Shown in pieces: positions 51,441 through 64,000 of a stretch of 64,000 bases of DNA (positions within the stretch are counted from its first letter, which is position 1; every line of letters starts with the position of its first letter). The translations under genes and the position numbers were made by a program. The stretch comes from Vitrella brassicaformis CCMP3155 (lineage: Eukaryota; Protista; Chromerida): contig CDMY01000553.1 of the NCBI GenBank assembly GCA_001179505.1, forward strand, positions 248,001 to 312,000, written 5' to 3'. The notes beneath the pieces are model-generated. The model was given only the letters and a program-made list of their open reading frames with translations. It was not told where the DNA came from and ran no database searches.

Positions 51441-52707
51441 AGAGGAGATTGACATAGATCGCTGACACGGCAGAAAGAGGACAGGATTCGATTCATTTCT
51501 CGACCCATCTCACCTCACCCGTCAGTCAGTCACCCCTCCACAGTTTTCGTCGTATGATTCCATCGTAGCAAGCACCGTTGGCACATATGAGATACACCGC
51601 CCCATGTGTGTGGCTGGCTGTCGGCTGCCCGACTCACTGACTCACTCACTGACTCACTGACTGACCGCTCTACATATCTATCACGATCGATGTGATGGCA
51701 TGGCTGCCTCAGGACGTCAGGGAGGGGCAGACAGGACAGGAGGCCACAGAACGGAGAGAGAGGGGCGAGAAGGGTGGACGGTGCGGTGCGCTGTGTTGTG
51801 TCGTTTGGTGTTCCATGTTTGACAGATGGGATGGAATGGCATGCTGCACGGCCGCTGAGTTTTGTTGTCTGTCTGTGAGTGGGTGTTGCCTGATTGATTG
51901 AATGCCCCCGTCTGTCACGTCACGTCACGTCGTGTGGCAGATTTTTCTTCTCGTTGTGGTGGAGTGTGGTGTGGTGTGGTCGATTGCATTGCACCAGCTG
52001 GTGGCAGCCAGAGATATGCAGATGGGACGTCAGTCACGTCGGGCGATATGTGCGATGATCGATGCACTGAGTGAGTGAGTGAGACATCTCGATGATGGGT
52101 GAAGGAATGACTGATCAATGAAGGGCGTACCGACCCATAACCGACCATACACACACACTGCAGTCAGTCACACTCATGCGCACACCACACCACACCAAAC
52201 TACACCAGGCCGCCGAAAACTACAGGGTGTTCGTTCAGGTGCACATTTTGGGCGTTTCAAAGAAGGCAGGCGAAACTTTGGCTCTGTGGATGTGTGTCAG
52301 GGTTGCGTGGCTGAATGAATGAAGGACTGTCACTCTTAACAACGGGCAGCCGGTCAGTCGAGTATCCAACACTCACAATCATCATGTCGCAGCTCACACA
52401 CGCTCCTGCCAATTACAGGAACGGCAAGAGTGCAATCAATCAACCTAGGATGGGGTGGCTCACATGGCCACACACCAACGACTCTCACACAGCCATGTCA
52501 TGTCCCACACACGCACCAGGCAATCACGTAGAGAAGAAGACACTCGCGCGCACACACATCCACGTGGTCAACGTACCTCCCTAAGGAACCCTTCTCCCCC
52601 CCAATCTGCCTCAGACGTAAAAAATGCCAGCAGTCTCATATCCTTCAGACGGCCCCACCTCTCTCCCTCCCCCTCCCTCCCTCTGTCTCCCTTACTCCCT
52701 CTGCCAC

Positions 52708-53552
52708 TCACTGGGCGGCCGTCTCTCCCTTGTGTTGGTATCTATAATGCTTCGCCTCCATCGCCCGGCGATGTCCAATGGCGGCCTGCTTGGCACCCTC
52801 ATAGCCCAACTCAGCGATTGAGAAGGGCTTCGTCTTCTCTTTGCCGCTCTCCTGCCGGCCTTCCAGCAATTCTTCCTTTTGTCGTGAAAGACGCCCTTGA
52901 CGCCGCTCCGGTGCTTTGATAGCTTCCTCACCGACGCACAGCCAGCGCTCTCCATCTCACGACGGTGCTGCTCGGCCAACGCCTGACGGACGGATGCACA
53001 AGAGAGAGACTCAGGGGGAGAGGGAACGGGCGGCGTTGTGCGCACCTTGGCTGTGTCGAAGCCATGGTCTCTGACGGAGAAGTACTTGATCTTCTCCTTC
53101 GAGCCGCCCTTTTCGCACCACGATGCCATCCAGGCCTGGTTCTTCTCATGCCAGCGAACACCCGCCACGTTAGACTGATGCTCTGCAGTTGGTACCACAC
53201 ATAATCAATCGGTTGCAGCGGTGTGTTGGATTTGCCTCTTGGTCTCCTCACCGGATTTGGTGATGACGGTCTTCCCCTTGCTGCCGGCCTTGCTGTCGGT
53301 GTCGGCGGCCCACTGGGGGCCAGACATACAGATGGACGACCACACATCACCGGCGGACACCGACGCACCATCCCTCTTGGCCGCCTTGGGCCTCCGGCGT
53401 GGCTGGGGAGACGGTGAGCGGCTGCCGTCATCATGATCATTATGGCTCTCACTTCCACCCTGATCAGACTGGCGGGCGGCCCAAGCCACGATGCTCCTCT
53501 GCCGGGCACGTCGGTCCAGTGTCGCGTCTCCTTCTCGACTCATACGGGGGCG
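52708..53552 (-). pseudogene. Extra AP2 gene copy (3' AP2 pair visible, 5' part in gap) with a 4-nt deletion in the last AP2 domain
   Basis: TGC TGG AAG GCC GG CAG GAG versus TGG ATG GCC AGC TGG CAG GAG in paralogs shifts the frame at about 52858. Confidence 0.7.
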
Positions 53553-53852
53553 NNNNNNNNNNNNNNNNNNNNNNNNNNNNNNNNNNNNNNNNNNNNNNNN
53601 NNNNNNNNNNNNNNNNNNNNNNNNNNNNNNNNNNNNNNNNNNNNNNNNNNNNNNNNNNNNNNNNNNNNNNNNNNNNNNNNNNNNNNNNNNNNNNNNNNNN
53701 NNNNNNNNNNNNNNNNNNNNNNNNNNNNNNNNNNNNNNNNNNNNNNNNNNNNNNNNNNNNNNNNNNNNNNNNNNNNNNNNNNNNNNNNNNNNNNNNNNNN
53801 NNNNNNNNNNNNNNNNNNNNNNNNNNNNNNNNNNNNNNNNNNNNNNNNNNNN

Positions 53853-54180
53853 GTCCCACACACGCACCAGGCAATCACGTAGAGAAGAAGACACTCGCGC
53901 GCACACACATCCACGTGGTCAACGTACCTCCCTAAGGAACCCTTCTCCCCCCCAATCTGCCTCAGACGTAAAAAATGCCAGCAGTCTCATATCCTTCAGA
54001 CGGCCCCACCTCTCTCCCTCCCCCTCCCTCCCTCTGTCTCCCTTACTCCCTCTGCCACTCACTGGGCGGCCGTCTCTCCCTTGTGTTGGTATCTGTAATG
54101 CTTCGCCTCCATCGCCCGGCGATGTCCAATGGCGGCCTGCTTGGCACCCTCATAGCCCAACTCAGCGATTGAGAAGGGCT
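53853..54180. repeat. Tandem near-identical copy of about 52502-52830 (AP2 3' flank and terminal codons) across the gap 53553-53852
   Basis: Direct sequence comparison, offset 1351 bp. Confidence 0.9.
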
Positions 54181-56727
54181 TGGTCTTCTCTTTGCCGCCC
54201 TCATGCCAGCTGGCTGTCCATGCATTCTTCCCTTTGTTGTACCACACGCCCCTGACGCCGCTCGGGTGCTTCGATAGCTTCCTCACCGACGCACGGCCGG
54301 TGCGCTCCAGCTCACAACGATGCTGCTCCGCCAACGCCTGACAGATGAAAGCACACATATGAGACACTCAGCGGGAGAGGGGAAGAGGGGACGTTGTGCG
54401 CACCTTGGCTCTGTCGAAGCCATGGTCCTTGACATAGAAGTACTTCTCCTTTTGCTTCGGGTCGCCCTTCTCGCACCATGTTGCCCTCCAGGCCTGGTTC
54501 CCCTCATGCCAGCGAACACCCGCCACGTCAGACTGATGCACTGCAGTTGGTACCACACATAATCAATCGCGTTGCGCTGCTGCGGTGGATTCGCCTCTTG
54601 GTCTCCTCACCGGATTTGGTGATGACGGTCTTCCCCTTGCTGCCGGCCTTGCTGTCGGTGTCGGCGGCCCACTGGGGGTTAGACATACAGATGGACGACC
54701 ACACACCACCGGCAGACACCGACGCACCATCCCCCTTGGCCGCCTTGGGCCTCCGGCGTGGCTGGGGAGATGATGAGCGGCTGCCGTCATCATGGCTCTC
54801 ACTTCCACCCTGATCAGACTGGCGGGCCGCCCGGGCCACGCTGCTCCTCTGCCGGGTACGCTGATCCAGTGTCGCGTCGCCCTCTCGACTCATACGGGGG
54901 CGGGCCGGGAGATGAGGAGCGGCGGGCGGGGCAGGGCGGGGACAGAGAGGGGAGTCCAACGGTGGGTCGAGCCTGGGCCTCTTGCTGCGGTTGTTGCCCC
55001 CGTGCAGATGACTGTTGCGGTTGGGAGGGACACCAGGGACGCCGCCTTGCCCCTGCCCCTGCTGCGCTCGCTGCAGCCACGACAGATCGATGGGCATCGC
55101 CCGATCGCCCACACGCGACCGGTGGAGCGCATTGCGGTACTCGACAGCCTCACGGAAGGCCGTGAAGATGGCCGCGCGGGAGGCGCCGTAGCCGACGGGG
55201 AACTGACGCAGATCGACGGTCGTCGATGCGTCGTTGTCCCAAAAATAAGCCTCATAACTGTAGTTGGTCCGCCACGAGATGCCGATACTGACACAGATAC
55301 GACAAACGCAGATGCACAGGTGTCGTCGGAGCGTCATGCACTTGGTCCTGCTCACCCTCCTCTGTCTGGCGCATGGAACTCGCCTGGCTGCTGGTCCCTC
55401 ATCCACCGCACCAGTGCGCGAGCCAGCGCATTGCCCGTCAGTTCTCCCGCCACTTGACGGTCGGCTGGGCCGCACAGCTTGGGAGGAGGACTGCGGGCAG
55501 CCGAGGCCACACGGCCGTTATGGCCGCCATGCCCATCAACAGAGCTGCTTGGCGTATGGCGCTCCTCTGGGTCGGTGCACTCTGAGTGAATGGACACACA
55601 GCCAGGCAACCGGAAGAGGGCATGGGAGAGGGTCTGTTGACGCAATGTTGCGTCTAAGTGCTGTCTGGCTCACCGTCATTGCGGTGCGCTGTCGTCGATG
55701 CCTCGGCGTGGGGGAGAGGAAGTGGCCAATCGCTCCTCTCCTCTCTGGGAGGCCGCCCCGCCCTCATGGCCTGGGCAGTCACTTGCCCATCAGACGGCAC
55801 ATCCACACCTGTCGTCACACACACAGATGGATGGCAGTCAGTGAACGAACGAGTGAGACGCACCTGTTGGCAGCCACCGAATGGCTCTCGTCTGCTGGCC
55901 GGCCACTGTCACTGTGACGATCTCATACCGACCGCCACTCCCAGGATCGCTCGCACGCACACCCTCCAGCACAACGGCCAGCGCAGCCGCATCAGACGTC
56001 GCGTCAAGCCGAGCGATGTCACTGGCCGACTCGTCGGCTGGCTGCCCATTGCTGTCGGTCGGTTGGGTGTCATCGGGAGTGCTGCTGTGATCCATCGTGC
56101 CGTTGCGTCGCCGCTTGCTGGTGCGGATCGGTGGACGACTGTCATCATTCAGCTCGAATGACGGGGGCGGGGGGGAGGTGGCCGGCCAATAGTCGTAGTG
56201 CCTCTCCTCCATCGCACGGCGGTGGGGTATCGCAGCCTGCTTGGCGCCCTCATAGCCCAGGTCACGCACAGAGAACGGCTTAAACTTCCTCTTGCCGCTG
56301 TCGCGCCAGTGAGCGACCCATGCGTTGTTGCCCTTCTGATAGTAGACGCCCTTGACGCCGCTCTGGTGCTCCGATCGCTTCTTGAGCGCCGCCCGTCCGG
56401 TGCGCTCCATCTCACGACGATGCTGCTCGGCCAATGTCTGACAGATGGCGGGATGGGTGGACATGACAGAAGGAAGACAGAGAACAGTACGCACGCGTTG
56501 AAGTTTGGCATATGGGTGGTGGTGGGGTTGGGTGCGGCATGGTGGGACGGGATCCACCTTGGCCTTGTCGAAGCCGTGCTCCTTGACGTAGAACTTCCTA
56601 TTTTTGTGACTCTTGTCGCCCTTATCGACCCATGACGCTATCCAGGCCTGGTCCGACTCACACCAACACACCCCCACCACCTCAGACATGTGCTCCGACT
56701 GGCGAATCACTCTCTTGCCCTCCTGCA
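54059..56727 (-). CDS. ApiAP2-like five-AP2-domain gene, paralog of 3913-6980 (5'-most exon not resolved)
   Basis: HMSEVVGVCW..AWIASW..FYVKEHGFDKAK/TLAEQHR, HQSGVKGVYYQKGNNAWVAHW, IGISWRTNYSYEAYFWD, HQSDVAGVRW, HPSGVRGVWYNKGKNAWTASW..AAIGHRRAMEAKHY. Intron positions are the same as in the 3913-6980 gene. Confidence 0.8.
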
Positions 56728-57172
56728 GGGGAGGGGAACCATGACAACCCGACAGACAGACAGACATTAGACAGACGACAAAACCAAATGCGCCACTGTG
56801 CAAAGCTGTGTGTGCGCGTGTGTCGGTGTACCCGAGCTCGGTGTCGATGCTGCTGCTCTATCAGGATGCAGCGGATAGTGCGAGGATCAAGGCCGCCAAT
56901 CGCTTGATCTCATCGTGGCAGACTGGCGCCTCGTGAGTCGCCCCTGCTGACGCGGCCAATGCAGTGATCTGACTCTTGCGGCATGGCTGGATCTGTGAGG
57001 AGGAAAATGCAAGAGCCAGCGCCCAAAAGTGGCCAAAAGTGCGATCTCCTGTCTTAGCTTGCAGTGGGAAGGGCCGGATATCGCTCGGCGCTTGCAGAGC
57101 AGTGCGCCAGCAGGCTGTGTGATCAAGATCTTTCGTTCACTCAGCCATTGAATCATCCCTGTGAGCGTCGTG

Positions 57173-59152
57173 ATGCTTGAGTTGATTGGCGGGTGCGACA
57201 CCATCGATGGCGACTTCGATGCGTCAATCGAGCGACTTACGAGGGCCAAGAGGGCGCTGACGGATGAGATCTCGCGGCTCGTTGCTTCGCGAGGCGGCGT
57301 GTCGCACCCCGCTGAGACCACTGGCGAGATGCTCGTCAATGCAGGTGAGCGGGGAAGGAAAGGACACCGGGCATGCCGGTCATCTGACTGTCTGTGTTGG
57401 TCCGTCGTGTGTGTGTCGGACGATCAGGTGGCGTGGTGTTTCCCGTTTCCCGCCGTGCGCTTCTTCTCCCCTGCATGAAGCGTCGCTACATCTCTATCCT
57501 GCTGATGCTCTTCGCTGACGGCCTCCCGCGAGATGCCGACGGCCATGTCTATCTGGAGACCTCACCTGCATACTTTGAGGCTTTGCTGGACGAGCTGACA
57601 CTCTACGAGACCGGCCGCACCAACACCGTCGACCTGCCGCCCTCCAAGGCGGCTGACCCGGCTTACAGCGAGTACCACTCCCTCTTCATGCGCGAGCTGC
57701 CATCCTTCGCACCTCCGACACACAGCAGCCGCGGTGCCGCCATGACCAAGGCGGTTGATGCCGCATGTGACGAGAAGGCCCTTGGGAACGTCATCCAGAC
57801 GTCGCTGAGCGACCTGGAAAAGGTCATGAAGAGGCTCACGCGGCGCAGGGAGGAAGTGGTCCGATTCCTCTCGGCCATGGAGCCCTTCATGAAGGGCCAA
57901 GAAGACACCGGAGACGACCTGGCGGTGCTAAGCCTGGACGTCCTCGGCCGGCAGGTCGTCATCCAGAGGCGCACGCTGCTGCGACTGGGAGCCGACCATC
58001 CCCTGCTGACGCGATTCTCAAAGTGGGCACACGCACAAAGGGCAGACGGGGCAGCACAGCAGGTCACATTGGGTGCCTTCGGCTGTCGATGTGTGTTTGC
58101 GCAGTGCTCCGCCCTGCTGGGGCGATCGCCGTGTGCGTCAGACCCCCACCAAGCACTTCGTCAACACAGTCGAGTTCGCTCGTCGCATCGCCATGCTAAA
58201 GGGACAGCTCATCCGGCCCCCGCTGATGGACGAGAGCGAGCGTGAGCTGTTCAGAGAGGATTTGACAACGTATGGTCTCACTTACTCGCCAATCCTGGAC
58301 CTACCTTCCGGCCAGGAGTGGGTCATGCAGTCGCCAGAGGAGTGGGTAGCCGTCCTCGACCTAATGGACAGGCCCACATGCAGACCATCGCTGCTCTTCA
58401 AGTGGGCTCGGCACTCACGAACGCACCATAATGTTGAACGGGAGCGGCTTCCGCTGGTCTGTCAGGTCTGGGCGTGACGGTGGTGACTTCGGCACGCTGC
58501 TCGACAAGGTGGGCGACGCGAGCGGTCTCCTGTTTCTCATCAACCGCAACGACACACACCGATTCGGCGCTTTTATCGACGGCCGACTTAAGCCACCCAC
58601 CGACCCCACACAGACCAACTACTATTCGGCGCCCCTCTTCTTCATCTCGATCAGCGGCGCCTATGCCCAGGTGACCAAAGTGCCCATCCCGGAGGCCAAA
58701 CAGAAGGTGAGGGTGGCCGGTCGCGACGCCTCCATCAAGGCCGGCAATAAGGATTACCGCGGCAAGGTGGGTTCATGGGGGACTAACGAGAACAGCACAG
58801 TCATCTATGGGTCAATTCGCATGTCTGTGTGCAGATGACCATTGGCTACGGGTATCTGTGGTTTGGGTGGGCCAGCCCCGGCCCGTCAGACGACGTGCGC
58901 AGCCTGGGGCATTCCGTCAAGACGGAGGACTTGCCCGACAACGGCTACCTCGGCCAATTCAACGACCACAACAACGAAGGCACACTGGCGGGAGACTGGT
59001 ACTTCACGTCAAAGGAGATGGAGATATGGCACATCGAGACCGCCAGGGGTGGTTGGTTTAAAGCGGCAGCACCGCACAGTGCGGTCGGGTTCGGGTCGAG
59101 GAAGCCGAAGGGCTTCATGAGGTGGCTGTGGCGGCGTGGAGGTGATAAGTAG
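57173..59152 (+). CDS. BTB-BTB-TLDc protein, divergent from the AP2 gene
   Basis: GEMLVNAG/GVVFPVSRRALL..LPRDADGHVYLETSPAYF, VLGRQVVIQRRTLLRLGADHPLLTRF, TLDc RDGGDFGTLLDKVGD..THRFGAF..YFTSKEMEIWH. Confidence 0.8.
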
Positions 59153-59370
59153 ATGGCCGATAGCCTTGCGTGGATGCGTGGTGCGTGGCAGTCCTCCTGG
59201 TGAAAAGGCGGACGTATATGTATACCTTATGTGTGAGTGTGTTGTTCGTGCGAGTCGACCGTGGCATTAGTCGTTTTTGGCTCTCTGACCCTCCCGAGGC
59301 CTCTATAAGTACTCTCTGGTGGCTTTGAATGGCGTGAATGAGGCAAGGGTCAGAAAGCGGGCCCATGGCC

Positions 59371-59430
59371 GTCTGCCTGTCTGCCTGTCTGCCTGTCTGC
59401 CTGTCTGCCTGTCTGCCTGTCTGTCTGTCT
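59371..59430. repeat. (GTCTGCCT)n octamer microsatellite
   Basis: Tandem gtctgcct units read directly. Confidence 0.85.
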
Positions 59431-60420
59431 GGCTGGCTGTGTGTCTGTCTGGCTGTGCGTCTGCGCGGTAGACAACAAGTGCCACCGACCAGTGGTTTCC
59501 GCCGTCTGTGTTTCTGTGAAAGTGTGTCTTCCTTCGCCTCACCTGCCGTGTGCACAGTGAATAGCTAGATCGATCGACGCAACGCGCCCCCTCGTACGGT
59601 CATGCACGTGGCTCCATCCATCCATCCGATGATCCGCCGTGCTTGTGTGTGACTGTCTGTGGTGAGATATCATGTATCGTGACTGACAGACACAGACAGA
59701 CAGACAGACAGACCGGTCGGCATGGGAGGCGCTTAGATGCTGTAACAGTGACCGGTCTGTCTATCTCACTGTGTGTCTCTTGAGACAGACAGACCTGCTG
59801 ATCGGCTGATTGGCTGGTGGGCTGGTGGATACGATACATGGGGCTGGCTGTCTCGCCACGCAACGGCAGCAGAGATCAAGAATCGATACCACAAATGCTC
59901 GCTCAGCCTGGCGGTGACACACTCCGACAGTAACGAGACAGGGGTACGGCATGTGTGTCTCTGGCGCATCTGAGCTGATAAGAAAAAAGACCATCAGCTG
60001 AGCTGATGGATGCTAAATCGATGGCGGTACGAGCAGCGAGCAGCCATGAGCTCGGTGGTCAAGCTGCAGTGTCCATATGCGCTCACCTGCATCCACCAAA
60101 ACACCATCCCGAAGCCCTACAATTTCTGCGCAAGATGTGCCTGTCTTGTCTCTCCCCAAAGGAGCTGCCATGCGGTCTTCGAGGCGTGTATGCCCAGGAG
60201 ACGTTAAGGACATACACACACTCACTATGCACCCACAAAGCACCACCGAAAACCAAATATCTGACCAATTGGGCTGCGCTATGTTCTGCTTGGGGCATTT
60301 TGGGTCTCGTGGAGGGATCAGAGAGCCTTTTGAGGAGAAGATTTGAATAGGAAAGAAGTCAGAGTACATCACTCAATCACTCATCATACCCCCCTCAACA
60401 CTGGAATGCCTGTGGTTCCA

Positions 60421-63400
60421 TCACTCGAGCGGCAGCTTCCGGTCCCTGATGCTCAATATCTGCACACACACACGCGGGATGGAGGAGATGACTCGTGTGG
60501 GGTCTGATGGTATGTGTCTCATGCAGGCGTGTGGGCGTGGCGTACACACCAGTTTCTTGTGGACGATGGAGATGAGGTTCTCCTGGTCGGTCTTGCGGTC
60601 GCCCGTCAGGGGGGGGGCGAAGGCCGCCACCGGTGAGCGTCGATGTCGCCAAAACTCCTGAGTGAACGGACAGACAACAGCACACGGCACACCAGAAAGG
60701 GTTGTCGGTTCTGTCTTACGAGTTGCAGATGATTGCGAGTCCGTGGAGCAGCATGAACACGGCGCAGTCACACCAGTTGGTCTGCTGCGGCAAATTGGCC
60801 TGAATCATTGGCACACACACAGACGGGGGCCGCACACACACACACACACACACACAGATGGGGCCGCCCGTGTGTCCGTGTGTGTGTGTGTGACAGGGCC
60901 CACCTCGTTCTGTTTGGACTGCCTGCAATGTCGGGACCCTCTTCCCTCTTTCCGCCGTATCGCTCACGTAAGTATCTTTTGATTCATGGTGCATGACGGG
61001 GTGCGCAGGGGGCAATCGTGGACATCGTTGACTTACGTACATGGAGAAAGTGTATCGTTCAATTATACACACCCACGCACAGTGGCCGGTGCAGTAAAAG
61101 CCGAACCAACACAGATATAAAGTGTAGGCAGCGATTGTATGAATCGCGGCCTCTTCTTTCAGCCACTTCTCGGCCAGGGCGAATGTGATGTTGACGAGCT
61201 CGTCGTTGAGCCAATCCTCATCCGCCAGACAGACTATGTCGTACCTGCACACAACAGCCAATTCGAAACTAACACGTCACCTTCGCGCCCTCTGGCGTGT
61301 GTATGGCGTGATGTGACGCACCCGAGCACAGGTATGCCGTTGAAATGAGCCACTTTGAGGTCCTCGCCCTTCTCGTGTCCTTCCTCCACCAGCTGCAGTG
61401 CCGCAGCCGTCTCCTCGTCACTCACATTCAGATGCCAGGGCATCTGCAGCAGACAGACATCCATACGGACTGAGGGGTTGGTGTGCGTGTATTGTTGTTG
61501 TGTTTGATACAGATGACGCACCTTCGTTTTCTCGCCGCCCTCATCGCCAACTCGTCGATCTCCATCCTCTCATAAACACCACCGCCCCCGTCCGAGGAAT
61601 CCTCCTCTGCGGCGGCCAGGGGGCACCGCGCCAGGTCCTCTGCGGTCTTGACGATCTCGCCCTGCCGCCCCTTGTTCCATGGGTCCCACAGCACCTCCTC
61701 CCCGAGGCCACCGAAGACGGGCGGCGTCTCGTCCTTCTCATGAGTCTTCGGGCGGCGGACGGCGGCGCGCTTGGCCTTTAAGTGGGGCTGGTGGTCGCTG
61801 CCTGTGGGGCTGGGCGGTGGGAGGGGGCTGCGAGTGCGCTTCTTGCGGTTCTGTCGCAGCACCATGCCGTGGGTATTGTGGCCGCTGGCGAAGGGGTCGG
61901 GCTCCTGCGGTGGGTTGGGGGGCGAGGAAAGCCGATAGCGGTCGTGCTGGGAGACGGTGGGCGACGGCAGGAGGGGTGAGGGTACCGGGCTGCATGAAGG
62001 TGGGGAGACATAGAGAACAAGTTGACGTCTGATGGATCGATGGATGGTGCTGCCCCTTTGATCCCTTTGCCCACCTGTGGTCGATGGTCATCTTGGCGGG
62101 GGGCGATGCGGTGGCGATGGCTGTGTGGATGGGGTGCGTCGACAGCGCCTTGCGCGAGCGGCGCAGTTCCGCCGCCAACGATTTTTTCACAGACCTGACA
62201 GACAGACAGACAGGAAGGAGACACATACATGTCGTCGTGCGTCGGTGTGACTTCCGTCCTCGGCTGCCATGACTGCCTGTCTGTGAGCGTACCCTTGAGC
62301 GGTGCGACTGTACTTGTTGTGCTCCTCTGGCACCTGTCTCTTGTCCTCCTTTGGCGGCGTGCTGTTGTCCCCCTGGCTGTCGTCCGCTGGGAAGGACGGC
62401 GTCTTGGATATCGTCTTGGATGCCAGTAGGGGCGAGGGGTCGGTGCCATGCGTCTCGGCCAACGACAGTGTGTCCGGCCGGCGGCTGATGGGAGGGCGAC
62501 TGACAAACACACAGAGACAGACAGACAGACAGAGAGAGAGAGGGGGAGGGAGAGGGGATGAGCAGTGGTGTCTGCTGGCTGCAGGTGCACACACATACCT
62601 GTCGAGCGGGGGTGTAGGGGCTGACACCTGGACCTTCATCTTACGCAATTGGTCCGCCAAACGATCCCTGAATCAACACACATGTATTCACCGATAGCCG
62701 GCGATGCAGGTGGTGGGTGAGTCTTCCCTTCGGTGCCTACTTGGTGCTAGGCCCATTGTGCGGGGTATCCCTGTTGCTGTGGCCGTGCGCAGGGATGCCC
62801 GCAGGCAGGCGGTCCTTCTTCAACTCAAACGGCGAGACACTGAACAAGGACCAAGGCATTTGCCCATCCTCGTGTATCTGCCTCTTTGTGTCTGTGTGTC
62901 TGTCTGACCTCGTGGCCTTCGCCTCAGTGTCTTCCGACAATGTGCCCTCGACGAGGCCGCTGACCATCCCTGGCCCCATGTCACACACGTGCATGCCCTC
63001 ACCCTCACCGAACCCCGTCTGCTGCCCATAACCTCCCAGCCCCATCTCGTCGACACACGGCGTTCCTCTCCCCCCTCTCCTTGCGCACGCGGGGCGCCTT
63101 GCCCTTGCCCTGCGGCTGTGCCTTGGACCACTTGCCGCCGGTCCGTCTGCCGGCGCGCGGTTCGTACATCTTTGCCATCAGCACACCTACGTGAACGGGG
63201 CAGCCCCGGCCATGAGGGTTAGGCCGCCGACTCTCAACAATTATGTCAGCCACCTCCGCACAATGACCGGCTTGCCGCCCTTGGTGCGGGACCCGCCCTT
63301 GGTGCGGGGCCACATGGCCACCGAGATGTCCCGGAGCACCGTCACAGCATAATATCTGCCGCCTGCACTGCTCGTCGGCGAGAGACGCATCACCTTGAGG

Positions 63401-63823
63401 GTGTGCTTCGCCTTGGTGCCAGACTTGATGTGGGCAGCCAGCTGCGAGTTGAGGGTGCTCTTGACGAGGTTCTCCACCTCGAGAGCGACTAATATCGTCG
63501 AACGGACCACCATCAGATCTCCACAAAGCTGACTATTGCACCTGCACCACAGACACAGAGATGACACAGCCAAAGCTTTGGGGCCCATTGAAATGCGCAT
63601 CTATCTGATCTCACAGATGGCCATGCATGCGTCAGAACAGCCCAACAGAGCCTCACGACACGTCACACCATTGCAGTGCACCGCTGAATGCACGCCATAT
63701 GTGATCTCACCGTTCAATGAAGGCCTCGAGTTCCTTCATCTTGCTATGGTTCACAGTTTCCGCCTGCTGGGCCATCGTCGTGGGCGACAGCCCTGCCCCT
63801 GAGAGGGCCGAAGACGACGCCAT
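60421..63823 (-). CDS. Ulp1/SENP-family (C48) cysteine protease with long low-complexity N-terminus; gene ends approximate
   Basis: YDIVCLADEDWLNDELVNI (family WLND motif) and LPQQTNWCDCAVF (family PQQ.N..DCGVF, catalytic Cys). Upstream basic/Pro-rich exons run to an ATG at 63823. Confidence 0.7.
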
Positions 63824-64000
63824 GATGACGCCCGCGAGTGCCGTGGTGCGGATAGAGAGTGAGACAACGGAGAAGAAGGGTTTTGTTGCTGGTCCGCACT
63901 GCTGATAGAACCAAATGGACACTTATAGGTCACAGAGGCTCTCCAGGGGCCTGGAAAGCAATTTCGATAGTGGCGGCTGGGATCAGGCTTGCAGATCCCC

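Noticed and set aside
59600-60400. Overlapping ORFs between the BTB-TLDc and Ulp1 genes
   Set aside because: No recognisable product or splice chain; probably convergent 3' UTRs.

Overview
This is eukaryotic, intron-dense genomic scaffold DNA with five fixed 300-N gaps and short GT-AG introns full of (GT)n/(CA)n tracts. Multi-AP2 (ApiAP2-like) and RAP-domain genes point to an alveolate related to apicomplexans, most likely a chromerid such as Vitrella; this is inference, not a database result. Gene models below were spliced by eye, so exon boundaries are approximate unless stated. Conserved single-copy genes: L-lactate dehydrogenase, triosephosphate isomerase, RPL19, a RAP protein, an ankyrin protein, a Kelch-like protein, a GT54/MGAT4-like glycosyltransferase, a Ulp1-type protease and a CAMK-like kinase with an SH3 domain. 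They are interleaved with three locally expanded families: (1) five-AP2-domain genes, (2) BTB-BTB-TLDc genes, and (3) an unknown coiled-coil/Pro-rich family ('family F') showing exon duplication, 5'-truncated tandem units and insertion of foreign gene fragments. Top leads: an AP2 <- -> BTB-TLDc head-to-head module present twice; a DNA primase large-subunit 5' fragment inserted antisense between two identical copies of a family-F exon; a membrane-anchored degenerate ClpB-NBD1-like protein with a mitochondrial-type presequence; and an intron-containing DsrE-like gene resembling bacterial proteins.
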